NCBI GenBank assembly: GCA_977018835.1
Contig: OZ361260.1
Location: 1,116,001-1,180,000 of the forward strand
DNA from: Minutocellus sp. GHC0000111
Taxonomy: Eukaryota
Direction of reading: 5' to 3'
DNA length: 64,000 nt
Both the position numbers and the translations under genes were made by a program. The notes below the pieces were generated by a model. The model was given only the letters and a program-made list of their open reading frames with translations. It ran no database searches and was not told the DNA's origin. Numbering within the stretch: the first letter of the stretch is position 1; each line of letters opens with the position of its first letter. Positions 1 through 12,197 of this stretch are shown here, in pieces.

Positions 1-902
1 ATTCGCCTCCCAAGAAGCAAAATCAGCATGCGGCTTCTGTTTTGACTGCCTTGTGCTGTGATCGGCCGGCAAGCAACTTTCACTTTGATGTGGCCGAAAA
101 CAAGTGAGCTGTGTCTGCCACGTCACATAGAAGTTCTTTATAGTGTTGTGAAAAATGAGATACTGTGGAAATGTTTCATTAATATGCATTATAAAACAGA
201 TGTTTTTGGGACTTTTCATAAATTATTTGCATATGTCTACAAGCCTGCCTCGCTTTCGTGCACTTGTTGGAGGGAGCCCTGCAGCCCACCCCACAAAAGC
301 TCGCCGTCGGCCCAACTCTCACCAGACTCAACCGACGGTCCCTGACGTTACGGCAAGCGTTAGGCGGCATTGAAGCATCAACCACACGCATCGAATGCAA
401 GTCGAAGAGTAGCTGATCTTTTGATTGGTGCTTGCATTTCCTAAGTGAAAGCTTACCGGCGTATCTTTGGAACCAACACATCTTGTGCCGGTTTTTCTGT
501 TCCAGAATTTATTCTGTGGCGGGAGCGGCAGAGCGCGCGGTACTGACTGCACTGGGTTTCATTCCCACCAACACGACTTGTGTTTCCCCAGAGGTGCTGT
601 GTGTTTTGACATTCTCGCTACCTTAGGAGAAGTCATACACATTCATATCTGAGAGACCGCAGAGAGAGGTGCTTCTACTGGTGGGATTGGAATTGAAATT
701 TTACATTTCGAATCGAGTCGTCGACGGCGGTGGCAGTAAGAGCGTTGGACGACCCAGAGGAGCAGCGGCAGCTTCTGTGCAGTTCAATTCGGATCGATCG
801 TCTTGCAAGCCGGCAAAGTGACGTCGGTTTGGCCGATATTGACCTTTTGTCCAGTTTGATTTGATTTGTCCAGATCAGATAATTAGCAAACCAGCAACAG
901 TC

Positions 903-3900
903 ATGCCCGAGAAGGCCCCGACCATGGCGTCGTCGTCGTACGACGAGGAGGCGAATAATCCGACCAACCTGTCGGGCGAATCGTGGGATCCGCAAATCAT
1001 TGCCGGCGGCGGCACCCCCTCGAAAGTCGGTCCGGGCGGGATGATCGACGTATCGCCCCGATCCCGCAGCTATCGAGAGCAGCAGCGGCGCAAGACGTTT
1101 GGCAAGCGAGGACAGCCGAGCCAGCATCGGCACATCACGTCGGATGCTGCGTCTGGGAATGATATGACTGCCCAGGCTGCCGCCCTCAGTGCCGCCGAGG
1201 GGGGACCCGCCGCCCCCTCGGCCCAGGTCGGTGTCGAGGTGACCCCCTCCAAAAGCAAAACCTACGCCGACAACGCCGCCTATGCTAAAAAGGATGACGA
1301 CGACGACTCCCTCCTCCGGGCCGCCACCGGCTCGGCCGAGGAGGCCGCGGCCGCCGAACGGGCCATGCGCGAGCACGAGCTTCGTGCTCAATCCAACCCC
1401 GTCCTAGCCTGCGTCGACAATGCCTCGGTCATGTTCCGCGAGAAGGTGAACTGCGAATACTTTGAAGAGCGGCAGCCGACTCCCCGCAAACAGCGTCCCG
1501 GGGCTCTCAACACCAGCGTCGGCAGTGCCGGCAGTGCCGGCAGCGCCGGGGGACGGGTGGTCACCGTCGGGGGTCAAACCACAACGACCCAATCCAGGAC
1601 GTTGTCCCCACCCTCGGTGCAGGGTGGGGTGGCCTCTCCCGTCCGCGAAATCATCGAGGAATCTGCCCAGATGGCCGACCGGCCCAGTCCTCACTCGGCC
1701 CGCAAGTCCCAGGCCTTCTTCTCCCAGTTCGACGTGAGCGTTGTCAAGTCCTCGAGCACCGATGCCGGTGACGAGGAGAATGGTGGCGCTGCTGCCGCTG
1801 CTGCCGCTGGTACGGCCGGTAGAGAGTATGAGGACGAAGACGAAGATATGCCGGAGGATGAGCTCAACGAGTCGAGGTCGCGCAGTCGGTCCAACTCGGC
1901 GGTTGGCACGGCGCGCGACGGTCCATCGCCCAGCAATACCGTCCCCCCTCCTCCTGCCGCCGATGGCAAGGTTGAGCAGAAGGTGGAAGAGGAGGAAGAG
2001 GACATTATCACCAGCATCACCCGTACCATCTCGGAGATGTGCATGAGTCCAGGTGGTGCCGCTGCGGCTGGTGCTGGTGGGGCCGTAGGAGCTGCCGCCG
2101 TTGCCTCCTCCTCTGGAGCCAAGGAGGGCAGTGGTGGTGGGGATGGTCAGGAGGAGGCCGATATGCCCCCCAACGAGGCCGGTCTCGACGTCGACATCTG
2201 CACCTACCTCCAGAACATCTGCGGCGTTCCCACCGTCGGTGGCGACGAGCCACCTCCGCCGCCGCCGCCCCCTCCAGCCGATGGGTCGTCCTCTCCCACC
2301 CGCAGCCCTGGATCCGGCGTCCGTGCCATTGCCATCGGCGGTGCCGCCGCCGCCGGTGTGGGTGCCGCAGCAGCTGTTGCTGCTTCCCGAGGCAACGACG
2401 ACGACGAGGAAGGTCTGAGCACGTCCATGAACGGCAAGGCCGCTCAGCTCGACCTGTCCGCCACTCGAGGAGCAGGAGGAGGTGGCACCGACCAGCAGGA
2501 GAACACCGCCATCGAGGTCGAGTACGTCGATCCGGACTACTACTCCTCGGACGAAGACGACGACGAGGACTACGAGTACAACCACCGAGGCGCGGCCGCC
2601 GCCGTGGCAGCAGCCAGCAAGAGCAAGCCCAAGAAGGACAAGAAGAAGAAGGGCGGACTGGGCAAGGGCCTGAGCAAGATGTTTGGCAAGTCCAAGAGCA
2701 AGAAGGTCGGCCCTCACGACGACGAGGAGAAGAAGGGCGACGTCGATCCCGCCAAGATTGCCGCCACGGCCGCTGCCGCCGCGGCGGCTGCGGGAACCGC
2801 CGCGGCTCTTGCCGCGCAGGGCGACGAGGCTGGTACCCTCACCGACGAGGATGATTCGCAGGGCACCGCCGATCACGTCGGTGGTGCTGATGGGGCAGAC
2901 GCGGAGGTCGTCCGTGCACCCGAGGCCGGCCAGGAGCCCTTCGATGAGACTGGCAAGCCCTCTGGATCGGAGGGATGGACGGTCGATGAGAAGAATGCCC
3001 ACCTCCAGGCCATGGCAAGTAAGGCCAGGGACGATTACATGTACGGCAAGGGCTCGCCACCTCCGTCGCCCGGACGTGGTGCTGCCGATGCCGATGGTAC
3101 TCCCGACGACTCGTCAGTACCGGAGGATGACTACGCCGAGTGGAGGCCCAGCGAGAAGCGTCGGTTCCTGCAGCTGCTCAGCCAGGGCATGTCCCCTCGT
3201 GAAGCCGCTCGTGACATCAAGAATGCTCGCCGCGGTATCGAGCCAGGTGTCTCCGCCAGTCCCAGGGCTGAGGCTGCTGAGGCCGCTGAGAGCCCGGAGG
3301 AAGCCCAGGTTGATGAGGCTGCTGACGAATCTGTGGTCGTTGATGACAAGGGAGATGATGATAATGATGATGAAGAGCCCGTTGAAGAAGACGATGATAG
3401 CTCTCCCGTGGCCGCCGCGGCTGTGGCTGCAGGTGCTACCGCTGTCACTGCTGCTGGTGTAGCGGCGATTCTCAACAAGACTGCCGAAGACGAGGAAACG
3501 CCCGCCAATATTCTCAGCGAGACCGGTGTCGGGTACTACGATGGCGTCGAGAGGGAAGGAGACGATGCAGCCGCTGAAAATATTGTCGATATCTCAGCCT
3601 TACAGTCGCCAAAGTCTCCTCAGGATGCTGCGTCAGTCAAATCAAACAAGCGAAGCATTCTTCCAGTATCGCTCAAGTCCAAGGGGTTTTCTTCTCTCGA
3701 CAGTGACATGAATGCTCCCGATGATCGACGCAAGCGCGGCAACATCAAGGCTCTCTTTGCCGGTGGCAAAAACAAGACCACCAGGGATGGTTTTGCGACT
3801 CTCGACTCGGACAGTGAGAACGAGCTGGAAGAGAATTTTGAAGGAGAGCGCAGCGTCGCGGCATCCAAGGCAACTGGAGCCAACGACGATGACACCATCT

Positions 3901-6900
3901 TTGACTTCAACGACGACAAAACAGTCGAGGCTGGCGGTGTTGGTGCTGCAAGTACTCCACGTGGTCCTCAGCCTGATACTATTCCAGAAGACAATGCCGA
4001 GCCAGTCCCCTCTTCGGAGATGTCCGTCGTCAGTGGCGTTACGATGAATACAGAGTACACCGACAACATGACCGTTGGCACTGCCTACACGAATGCCAGT
4101 ACCAAGTCCACTCGCCGGCGTCATCGTGGTGCTGCCAAGAAGCGTCTCAACAAGGCCAAGGAGGCAGAGGATGGCAAGAGCGTTGGGTGGTTGGACTCCA
4201 TCCGCACTGCCGCCGCCAATAACAATCGCGTTTGGGATCCTCAGCTCGGCTGGGTTGATTACGAGGAACCCGAGAAGGGTGACGATGGTAGCTCTGCCAA
4301 TCATATTGGCCCTCTTCATCTCCCAGTGAAAGCTCGTGATGCCCAACATGGCGACGACCAGATGCTTGATCGTGACGTTGATGCAGATGACTCTGGTCTT
4401 CATGCCATCGATGAAGACGGCGCTGCTGAAGTGCCCACCAGTAGAGCCGCATATGGAGCTGCCGCTGTCGGTGCTACTGCTGCTACCGCCGCCGTTGTTT
4501 CCAATATGGCCAACAGCCGGGGCCAACAGGACGATGGCACTGTCACGTCTGCCCTCACTGAGAATACTTCGCGTTCTGCAGTAACTGATAGACAGGGTGC
4601 TCCCAAGGGATGGGTCGAGTCGATGAAGGCCGCATCGGAGCGAGTGAGTGCTTCTGATCCCAATCGCCGCTGGGATCCTCAGCACGGATGGATCGGTCTT
4701 CCTCCTGGAACTATGCCACCGACTGAGGACAAAGAGGAGGATGTGCAGACTCAGGAAGCCACCGATGCTGGCCCCGAGACCCCAAGTGCTGCCCTCAATA
4801 CGAGCGTGATCAGTGAGAGGTCAGCCGGTCCGGTCGATCTCGACGATTCGGATGTTGATGATGATGACGACGAATCAGTTGAAGAAGAGAAGGATGAGCC
4901 GCAGGCACTGCCGGAAGAGCCTCCGGAGGAGGAATCCGTCGTTAGTAGGAGAATTAGGCCCGACCCCTCTGGAGTTCTTGAGGACTCTGAGGATGCAACC
5001 TTGGCCTCCGGTATGCTATCAGCCGATGCTGCCGAGCCGTCTTCCGATAGTGGTGCCAAGAAGCCATTCATCAAGCTCCCTGCACCGAGGATGGGCCGTG
5101 GTCGCGGAGCGGCTCAACAAGGATACGACGAAATCGCTAGCGTTGCCAGTGAGAATCGACCCCAAAGCCCTGAGACTGGAGACGAAGATGATGTCATCGT
5201 CAAGTCGTCCTCCCAAACCTCCTACGAGCAGTTCCAGTGGGAAGAATCCAATGCAGCTGGTGCTCCCGTTGCCGCAGCAGCAGCTGTTGGTGCCGCCGCT
5301 GCTGTCGCGGCCTCCTCCCTTCCTCCCAAGGTACCCAAGAAGGACAGGCCAGACAGCGCCGAGAAGTCTGCGCCGGAAGTGCAAGTCGTCAAGCTCAAGA
5401 TGAACGACAAGGATAAGGACCTCTTCTTGAATAGCAAGGATGATTCCAACCACTTCATCGATGATACCAACTTTGCTCCAGAATTTGCCGACGAGTCGCC
5501 TTTCAGTACGCCATCACGGGCCGCCGCAGCAGCTCGTGGTGGCATTGAGGCCGATGGTGATGGCATTGGCCTTGATACGACGCAGTCTGATATTGTCAGG
5601 TCGTCCCCCAAATCAGAAACCGTTGAGGACGATGCTGGTATTGTCTCTTCCAAAACATCGCGTGACCCCCCTCAGAATGCCGCCGAGGCCGTTGATGGCG
5701 CCTCTGCCGCTCCTTCTGTATCTTCCCGAGCCAAGCAGTGGATGGAGCTAATGGAATCCAAGTCCAAGAAGAACGTCGGCGCCGCTGCTGGTACCGAAGA
5801 TACCAAGAGCGAGGCATCCTCGGCCATCGACTGGCCTGGTTCGGGCTCCAGTGCACGCAAGGCCCAGTCCAAGGGCGGCGAAGAATGGAAGTCGTTCCTT
5901 GGCAAGAAGTGCAGTACTGGTGCGCCCTCGCAGCAGCCTGGTCAGGCCGGTAACGCCTTGAAGTTTGCCGCCGCTGACGGAGGATCAGAGGCTGACTTCA
6001 AGAGCGATACTGGTGCTCCATCGACAGCGCGTGGTGGCTTGGCCCGAGCTCCCACCGACGACGATGACACCATCTTCAAGTTTGACGAAACGAGCCAGAT
6101 GGGAGGAACAAATCCGCTCAAGGCGAAACTGCAGAATATGAACAGCGCCAGGGCGATGCCAGGTGTCAGCGAGGCATCGGAAACCACGGGTTCTTCGGAC
6201 GGCGAACCTAGCTCCACTGGCGGTGAGGCCAAGGGGGGTAAGAAGTCCATCTTCAAACGTTTGACGGAATGCGCTGCTCCTGTTCTTCCCGAAGGATGCG
6301 CCAACCCTACCGTCGTCGATGACACCGGCAAGGAAGTCCCCGTCTCTCACCTCGAGTTCCTCAAGAAGAGCAAGGTTGCAGGTTCGCTTCGTGAGATCGC
6401 ACCGTCGACTCTGTGCGGACGACCTGACACCATCTACGAGGAAGGTCCTGGTGGTAGAAGGCGAGCGACGAAAAAGTCTGCGTCAACCTCGAGTGTTGTA
6501 TCTGGCGACGGATTTGGTGCCAAGAACGCCTATCTCGATGCCGTTGCTCTCAAGACTGCCACCCGAGGTCGCTCCTCTTCTACTGGCCGGCCATCCTCCC
6601 GTGGCCGCTCGTCTTCGTCCCAACGGTCGGGAACATCGCAGCGTTCCTCGGAATCCTGGCAGGGATTCCTCGAGAGACGATCTGCTAGCAAGAGCCCTGG
6701 ACCGAGTAGACCGCCCACCTCTCCTCCCGTCGCGAACGTGTCTGCTGAGCAAAAGGCCGCCCAGAAGGTCGAGGAGATGATGAAGGCAATGGCCATGAAC
6801 ACCAAGTCCAAGGCAGATATCGACGATATGATTGAGACCATGAGCCAGTCCAGCAGTCCCAGCAAGGCGCCGACTGCTATTGGATATGATCAAATTGAAA

Positions 6901-7040
6901 TGACGAGGTCGAATATCTCAAGCTTTTCTCAAAACAAGAAGAAGAGTGAATCGGCCATTGCCGCCGAGGAACTCGCTGCAGCTCGTGTCGAAGCCATGAT
7001 GAAGGCCATGAGCTCGCAAAAGCTGGACGGTGACGTTTGA
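903..7040 (+). CDS. Very large (~2045 aa) low-complexity acidic/Ala/Ser-rich protein of unknown function
   Basis: Uninterrupted 6.1-kb ORF with strong codon bias; first in-frame ATG at 903 (ORF track starts at TTG 861). Short structured islands: GW..S..AA...WDPQ.GW twice and (K/R)VE.MMKAM twice near the C-terminus. Confidence 0.85.
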   Translation: MPEKAPTMASSSYDEEANNPTNLSGESWDPQIIAGGGTPSKVGPGGMIDVSPRSRSYREQQRRKTFGKRGQPSQHRHITSDAASGNDMTAQAAALSAAEGGPAAPSAQVGVEVTPSKSKTYADNAAYAKKDDDDDSLLRAATGSAEEAAAAERAMREHELRAQSNPVLACVDNASVMFREKVNCEYFEERQPTPRKQRPGALNTSVGSAGSAGSAGGRVVTVGGQTTTTQSRTLSPPSVQGGVASPVREIIEESAQMADRPSPHSARKSQAFFSQFDVSVVKSSSTDAGDEENGGAAAAAAAGTAGREYEDEDEDMPEDELNESRSRSRSNSAVGTARDGPSPSNTVPPPPAADGKVEQKVEEEEEDIITSITRTISEMCMSPGGAAAAGAGGAVGAAAVASSSGAKEGSGGGDGQEEADMPPNEAGLDVDICTYLQNICGVPTVGGDEPPPPPPPPPADGSSSPTRSPGSGVRAIAIGGAAAAGVGAAAAVAASRGNDDDEEGLSTSMNGKAAQLDLSATRGAGGGGTDQQENTAIEVEYVDPDYYSSDEDDDEDYEYNHRGAAAAVAAASKSKPKKDKKKKGGLGKGLSKMFGKSKSKKVGPHDDEEKKGDVDPAKIAATAAAAAAAAGTAAALAAQGDEAGTLTDEDDSQGTADHVGGADGADAEVVRAPEAGQEPFDETGKPSGSEGWTVDEKNAHLQAMASKARDDYMYGKGSPPPSPGRGAADADGTPDDSSVPEDDYAEWRPSEKRRFLQLLSQGMSPREAARDIKNARRGIEPGVSASPRAEAAEAAESPEEAQVDEAADESVVVDDKGDDDNDDEEPVEEDDDSSPVAAAAVAAGATAVTAAGVAAILNKTAEDEETPANILSETGVGYYDGVEREGDDAAAENIVDISALQSPKSPQDAASVKSNKRSILPVSLKSKGFSSLDSDMNAPDDRRKRGNIKALFAGGKNKTTRDGFATLDSDSENELEENFEGERSVAASKATGANDDDTIFDFNDDKTVEAGGVGAASTPRGPQPDTIPEDNAEPVPSSEMSVVSGVTMNTEYTDNMTVGTAYTNASTKSTRRRHRGAAKKRLNKAKEAEDGKSVGWLDSIRTAAANNNRVWDPQLGWVDYEEPEKGDDGSSANHIGPLHLPVKARDAQHGDDQMLDRDVDADDSGLHAIDEDGAAEVPTSRAAYGAAAVGATAATAAVVSNMANSRGQQDDGTVTSALTENTSRSAVTDRQGAPKGWVESMKAASERVSASDPNRRWDPQHGWIGLPPGTMPPTEDKEEDVQTQEATDAGPETPSAALNTSVISERSAGPVDLDDSDVDDDDDESVEEEKDEPQALPEEPPEEESVVSRRIRPDPSGVLEDSEDATLASGMLSADAAEPSSDSGAKKPFIKLPAPRMGRGRGAAQQGYDEIASVASENRPQSPETGDEDDVIVKSSSQTSYEQFQWEESNAAGAPVAAAAAVGAAAAVAASSLPPKVPKKDRPDSAEKSAPEVQVVKLKMNDKDKDLFLNSKDDSNHFIDDTNFAPEFADESPFSTPSRAAAAARGGIEADGDGIGLDTTQSDIVRSSPKSETVEDDAGIVSSKTSRDPPQNAAEAVDGASAAPSVSSRAKQWMELMESKSKKNVGAAAGTEDTKSEASSAIDWPGSGSSARKAQSKGGEEWKSFLGKKCSTGAPSQQPGQAGNALKFAAADGGSEADFKSDTGAPSTARGGLARAPTDDDDTIFKFDETSQMGGTNPLKAKLQNMNSARAMPGVSEASETTGSSDGEPSSTGGEAKGGKKSIFKRLTECAAPVLPEGCANPTVVDDTGKEVPVSHLEFLKKSKVAGSLREIAPSTLCGRPDTIYEEGPGGRRRATKKSASTSSVVSGDGFGAKNAYLDAVALKTATRGRSSSTGRPSSRGRSSSSQRSGTSQRSSESWQGFLERRSASKSPGPSRPPTSPPVANVSAEQKAAQKVEEMMKAMAMNTKSKADIDDMIETMSQSSSPSKAPTAIGYDQIEMTRSNISSFSQNKKKSESAIAAEELAAARVEAMMKAMSSQKLDGDV

Positions 7041-7220
7041 GATTGCTCGTCGAAATGAATGGACTATATATATATGGAATGACTTGTATCTAATCTATGT
7101 TGATTGTTGAGAAAGAAAGAAATGAAAAGACCCTCGTTTATTTTATGTCTATGCCAATGGCTTTGTTGATAACGTCGGAGCCATTTGCTAACAGCGAGGC
7201 AATTCTGAATTAATTTGATA

Positions 7221-7700
7221 TCATCTCTCCCCACCAAGAAGGAGAGACAGTACTATGCGTAGAATAATTATCAAAATGTGCGAAATGAAACATACTTTCT
7301 TATATTTATCACTTTCTGCCATGATGGTGGTGGCGGCGTACTTAGCATTTGATTTACCGTTTCTTGCATTCGCGATGAATTTGCGAATCTCTTGTACTTC
7401 ACTTCCATTCCGATGCATCTCCAATACTTCTTTCAGCTGTTTTGCACTAATGTATCCTACATAATAGCAGGTGTAGAGACCTTTCAAAACGTAGTCATTT
7501 CCAGACATTGCTTTGTCGCGTGCTGCAGATCTCTGGCGATCTTCGCTCTCCATTTCGGCCCTGGCCGATTTATGGGCTAGGTATATTTCTTTGAGGTTTG
7601 CTTCGTAGAGCTTTCTTTCGATGAGGAGTTGTGCGAGGATTTTTACAGAGCACGTGTCCCCAGCCTCTGCTGCGAGGCGCAAAAGAGCTGAACAAGGCAC
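7221..7700 (-). pseudogene. 5'-truncated C-terminal fragment of a (MYND)-RING-Sel1 family gene
   Basis: LLRLAAEAGDTCSVKIL...LKEIYLAHKSARAEMESEDRQR aligns by eye with the C-terminus of 57688-58482 (IIRESAALGDDASVKYL...LEESLRQNQAAKEEMKSEERDR). No ATG start, no RING domain. Confidence 0.65.
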
Positions 7701-7769
7701 TCAAGGCCCACCTGCACCTTAGGCCCTAAGTGTAGATAGTGAAACGTACCTTAACATGCCAGTATTAAT

Positions 7770-8903
7770 TTAATTTGCCAATGATTCTAACGCCGCTTCC
7801 GCCGATTGTCGCAGTCCGTCAATTGCCATCTTGCCGTTGGGGACCACGCCAATATCTTTCAAACGCCTCGACTCGCATCTCGTCTTCAATACTGCCGGGG
7901 TTTCGCCCATTTGTTCTTCAAGAATGTTATCTTGCCGTTTTCCACTTTTCTCAACCACTTCCTTGGCAATAAGCGCAAAATCTCGAAAGAGAACAAAATG
8001 ACCAGGAATGAGGACTACGTCGTACCTTCCAGTAGTACATGGAAAACTATCAGCAATTCGTCGTTCGATAAGTGAAACGACCATATCGCCAGCTTGATTC
8101 GTATGGAGCAAGGGCCTTCCGTAGTCTCCGGGGCTATATCGTATGGTCCCGGAATCTATTGCCGATGATGCCATTTGGTTGACTGAAAAATTGGGTGCAT
8201 AATTCGGGGTAACTGATATCATATCAAAGAAGGTGATGCCCACCCCCAAATCTGTGCTCAATCGGCAAGCGTTAGACTCGGCCCTTGTCTTTGCGATCTC
8301 ATATGGATTTGACCCTCCACCCGGCTTGGTTGGAGATGAGTCCGAAACTATTCCATCGATGGCTTGTCGTCTGGTCCAGCTCCCGCCGATGTAGGAAATA
8401 TGCGTCCGTGTGTGTTGTTTCGTTTGTGTACATGCTGCCACTCTTTTCACAAATGCTTCAAAACGATCATCATTCTCCTGTCCAAGCTTGGGGTTACTGG
8501 CATAATTGTCTCTATTCCCATCCTCTGCGGCATAAACGAATTCTGTATGTTGTGCTTGGTCGAACCAACCATCGAAAGTATCCTCGCTGATATCCTCCAA
8601 AGTAGATGGATAAATCTGATATTGATCAGAACTTTCATTACCGTCCTCGAATGCAGGGTCAACCGCTACCACCGACCACTGACGCCCCGATGGATTCGAT
8701 ACACGTTTGGAGGCAGCATCCAGGATTCCTTGACCTACATTTCCGTTTGCACCCACGATGATGATGTTGCATTCCAGGCGCATATCTTTTGGTGGTCGTG
8801 GGGAGATGCTGGTGGCAGAAGACATTGATCTCGAGTCATATGCGTTGGTACCAGCCACTCCGAAAGTTGCAACCAAGATCAGTTGTCGCGGGATTATCTT
8901 CAT
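7770..8903 (-). CDS. NAD(P)-dependent epimerase/dehydratase (extended SDR) with N-terminal signal peptide
   Basis: Rossmann motif IIIVGANGNVG, catalytic YxxxK (YEIAK), hydrophobic N-terminus MKIIPRQLILVATFGVAGTNA. Confidence 0.8.
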   Translation of the reverse strand: MKIIPRQLILVATFGVAGTNAYDSRSMSSATSISPRPPKDMRLECNIIIVGANGNVGQGILDAASKRVSNPSGRQWSVVAVDPAFEDGNESSDQYQIYPSTLEDISEDTFDGWFDQAQHTEFVYAAEDGNRDNYASNPKLGQENDDRFEAFVKRVAACTQTKQHTRTHISYIGGSWTRRQAIDGIVSDSSPTKPGGGSNPYEIAKTRAESNACRLSTDLGVGITFFDMISVTPNYAPNFSVNQMASSAIDSGTIRYSPGDYGRPLLHTNQAGDMVVSLIERRIADSFPCTTGRYDVVLIPGHFVLFRDFALIAKEVVEKSGKRQDNILEEQMGETPAVLKTRCESRRLKDIGVVPNGKMAIDGLRQSAEAALESLAN

Positions 8904-9739
8904 TGGTCGCTCAAGAAGCCAGTTCGTTGCGTGCTGCCAATGTACCTAGGTATCTGCAAAGGATTTGCTTCTTGTGGACCTTTACCGGCATCTGATCATC
9001 TACGTACCTACTATCGTACGTATTTTGTGTTTGTATTATCGGGGAAGGGGATCCCCTAATTTAGGCGGGAAAGTCGGCCACACCCGAATCTCGATAATTA
9101 TTGGCTGACAAAATCACATACAAAATCCTTCGCGAGGTGACGCGACGAAATTCAAATCTTTGAATCGAGGCGGTTGCCTCAATTCAAGCAGCGCCCCAAC
9201 GGGGAAATCGCTCGGACAACACTGACCATTGCCGGCGTAATTATCGTCCAAAATACAAGACCTTGCGGTGACTATCGACCTTTGAGCGCCCATCGCTCCC
9301 TTGGAATTCGTTGCGTTGCCATCTTCGTTGGGGGGTCGAGACGACGGCGCTTGCTGTGTTTTTTTGTCTGGCCCGTAAATCGCTCTTCATTTCACAAGCG
9401 AGAGGGGAACCGAACCTCCGCATCGCCTCTCTTGATTGCCGTTCCCTCCCTCTTTCGACAAAGAGACGAAACATTCGGCCTTGCTCCTTACCAATCGGCG
9501 AGCATTCTTTCGCGAGAGCGAGTGCCCACGCCTCGTATATCTTGGGTATCTTGGCTCGCCGCTGCTGCAGCAAGCAAAATTCAAAACGAGCACATAATTA
9601 TTGATTCAAAGCAAAAAGTCAGCACATCGCACGTGCTCGTTTTTGTGTGTAGAGGGCTGCATCGTTTGGAAGTTGAGCAAATTGAATTAAATACAGCCCG
9701 TCATCCCTCGCGCATATACCATACATCAATCTCCGCAAC

Positions 9740-12197
9740 ATGTCATCGTCCTCAGCAGTACCAAAGTCGTGGGCGCACGTGCCAGTTCGCGGCAAGGAGG
9801 AACCAACGATGACTTCTTCGCAGCAGCGGCCAGTCGGGGGTGGATTTCCCATCTCCGACTACGACATGGTCCGACTGCGAAGGGAGGAAGCCAAGAACAG
9901 CAAAACCCGCAGCAAGAGTCGAAGCAAAAGTCGCAGCAAGAGCCGTGGAAGAGGCGAACATTCAAATTCCAACGGATGTTTCGATGCCCTTCTTCATCCT
10001 GGAGGATATCAGCACCAGCATTCCCATCAGGAGGATCAGTACTATCGGCCCGAGGCAACTACCAAAAGATCATCCGCTTCCTCTTCGTCGGTGGGAACGG
10101 GAACTACCGAAAGCACGGGCAGCTCGATGAATCATTATTCTGGCTTTGGAAATAACAGCAGCAGCAGCAAGCCTAAATCGCGACTGGGCAAGCTGGGCGG
10201 CAAGAAGAACGCCAATGCCAACAAGCCTCGCAGTCATATTGGGGAATTGAACTTCAAGCCCCGGTCGGTGCCCATCCCCAAGCCCGGCACGGCCGTCAAT
10301 GGCGGAGTGCCACAGTACATGATGGACGATTCGTACTACCAGCAGGGCAGCGGTAGTGCTGGTAAGAAGGGTATGAAGCAGAAGCTGAGCTCGGTGTTTC
10401 GTCGTGGTGGTGGAAGTAATGGCACTACCAACATGCACCACGGCAGTCTGACGGCCCAACAATTGTCTGGTCAGCCGGTACCTCTCGACGATCCCATCTA
10501 CCGGGCCAATGCCGGGTTGGATGCCAAGGCGCCCACAACTACCAATGATGTCGACCTACGTCAATAGCTCGGCAGAGGATGAAGAGGAGGAGGAGGAGGA
10601 GCAGGGTGGCCTCCCCTTCACGGCCGTCTTTCCCGATATCAACCTCAGCAGCGTCGACTCCAGCTTCGATAGGGCCATCAACCAGGGCCAAAGGATGGCA
10701 TCAATACCCACCGCCCCGTCACCGACCAAGGGTGCGACGACTTCCAGTAGTAGAACACGAAGATCTTCCGCCAGCAATATAGCTACAAACCCTGCCACTC
10801 GAGTTCCCAAGTCAAGCGCTACCGCAGCCTCCGAGGAGGACCCATTCGCAGGAATGCCCACCTTTGATCCGGATTTCGATTCCGTCGTTGGTGCGGTTAC
10901 CTCTACCAGGGTCTATCCAGCCCCGACGGTTGCGCCGATCCCAGCACCGGCAGCTCACCCCGATGCAGGCACTACCACTGCCAGCTCCAAAATTCTCAAT
11001 CAAGTTCGTAATGGCAAGCAAAAGGTTCCAACTCCTACCCTTCAAGGTCAGCCTACCCAGCGACAGGCTCAGCCATCTCAAGCCCGCCAAGCTAATCGAT
11101 CGCCAAGGCCCCGTCCTCGTGCCGAAATGCTCCAGCAAGTCCGCCGAGATATCGCCAAGCCCAGTAAATCAGCTTCAAGCTCAACCCCTTTCGACGAGGT
11201 TCAAGGCAAGGAAATTTCCACCGCCCGTGATGCCAGAAGAGAGAGGTTGGCAAGGGAACGTGTGGTCGATGCTCGGTCTCGGTCCTCTCCCCGTTCCCGA
11301 CCCCATGGGACTGCCCCCGACCCTCCTTCGAGCAGTGAAATGAAGAGGGAAGAGGCTCTCAATACTTCTGATGAGATCTTGGACTCGGCCGCAGATGCCT
11401 TCTTCGCATCCAGTAGCCCGGAGGAGATGGCGTCGCAATTCTACGTACGCAGTCGGTCGGTATCGCCTCGCAAGGCTCGGTCTCAGATGGCACAGCCCAC
11501 AGCGACACGCACTATAGCTTCAAGAGCCCGGAGTCAATCGCAAGGCCGAGCCGGTGGAAGTACCAGAGTTGGTCTTACGAATTCCAGCGCTACCAACGGC
11601 CGGGATAGGAGTAGAGCAACCTCTCGGACCCGTACGACGAGTCGGGGCAGGAGTCACAGATCCAAGTCCCGAGATGGTCGTGATTCGGCATCCGTAGTAT
11701 CTGGAATGTCCGTCGATGAAGAGTTTCGTTTCCTTGACGTTCTGGCGAAGCACTTCCCCGCCGATTCACAGATGAGAGATTACAATCCATCGAGCAAGCG
11801 TGAAGTGAATGCCACTATGGCTATGGACCGGCAGATTCACAAGATCCGCGAGGAACGTGTCAGCGCCGTTCCTATGCAACCCAAGCCGTCGTCGACACCG
11901 GCTACCATTAAAATCCGCCCGCCACGACCCACCAAGCCCAGCAGCAGCTACGGGGCGTCTCTTGAGGCTGCAGCCATGGCCCTTTCTGTTGACAATAGAT
12001 CTCATCACGGTGCAGGTAACTCTGTGATTTCCGGCTTAACCGAGCCGGAAGAGGCCTATACCCACGGCTTGGGCAGGGATGAAGGAGCGACGAATCGCAG
12101 AAGGTCGACGAATGCGATTGAGGATGACGAGGATGAATTCAGCGCCTTTGGTGCAATCATGTCCACCGATGGAAGCTTGCCATCGAGAAGGAGATGA
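9740..12197 (+). CDS. Ser/Arg/Pro-rich low-complexity protein, split into two overlapping frames (9740-10567 and 10509-12197), probable 1-nt frameshift near 10532
   Basis: Both ORFs share composition and codon bias. Removing one C from AAGGCGCCCACAACT joins ...LDAKA to PQLPMMSTYVNSS.... Confidence 0.6.

Noticed and set aside
270..370. Adjacent potential hairpins (GCCGTCGG...CCGACGGT; CCTGACG...CGTTAGG) suggesting an ncRNA or ribozyme
   Set aside because: No recognisable tRNA, snRNA, SRP or hammerhead consensus; short stems in GC-rich DNA can arise by chance.
1404..3002. Long antisense ORFs (here and at 13548-14636, 25488-27023, 53412-54380)
   Set aside because: Shadow frames of strongly codon-biased genes on the opposite strand; no independent motifs.
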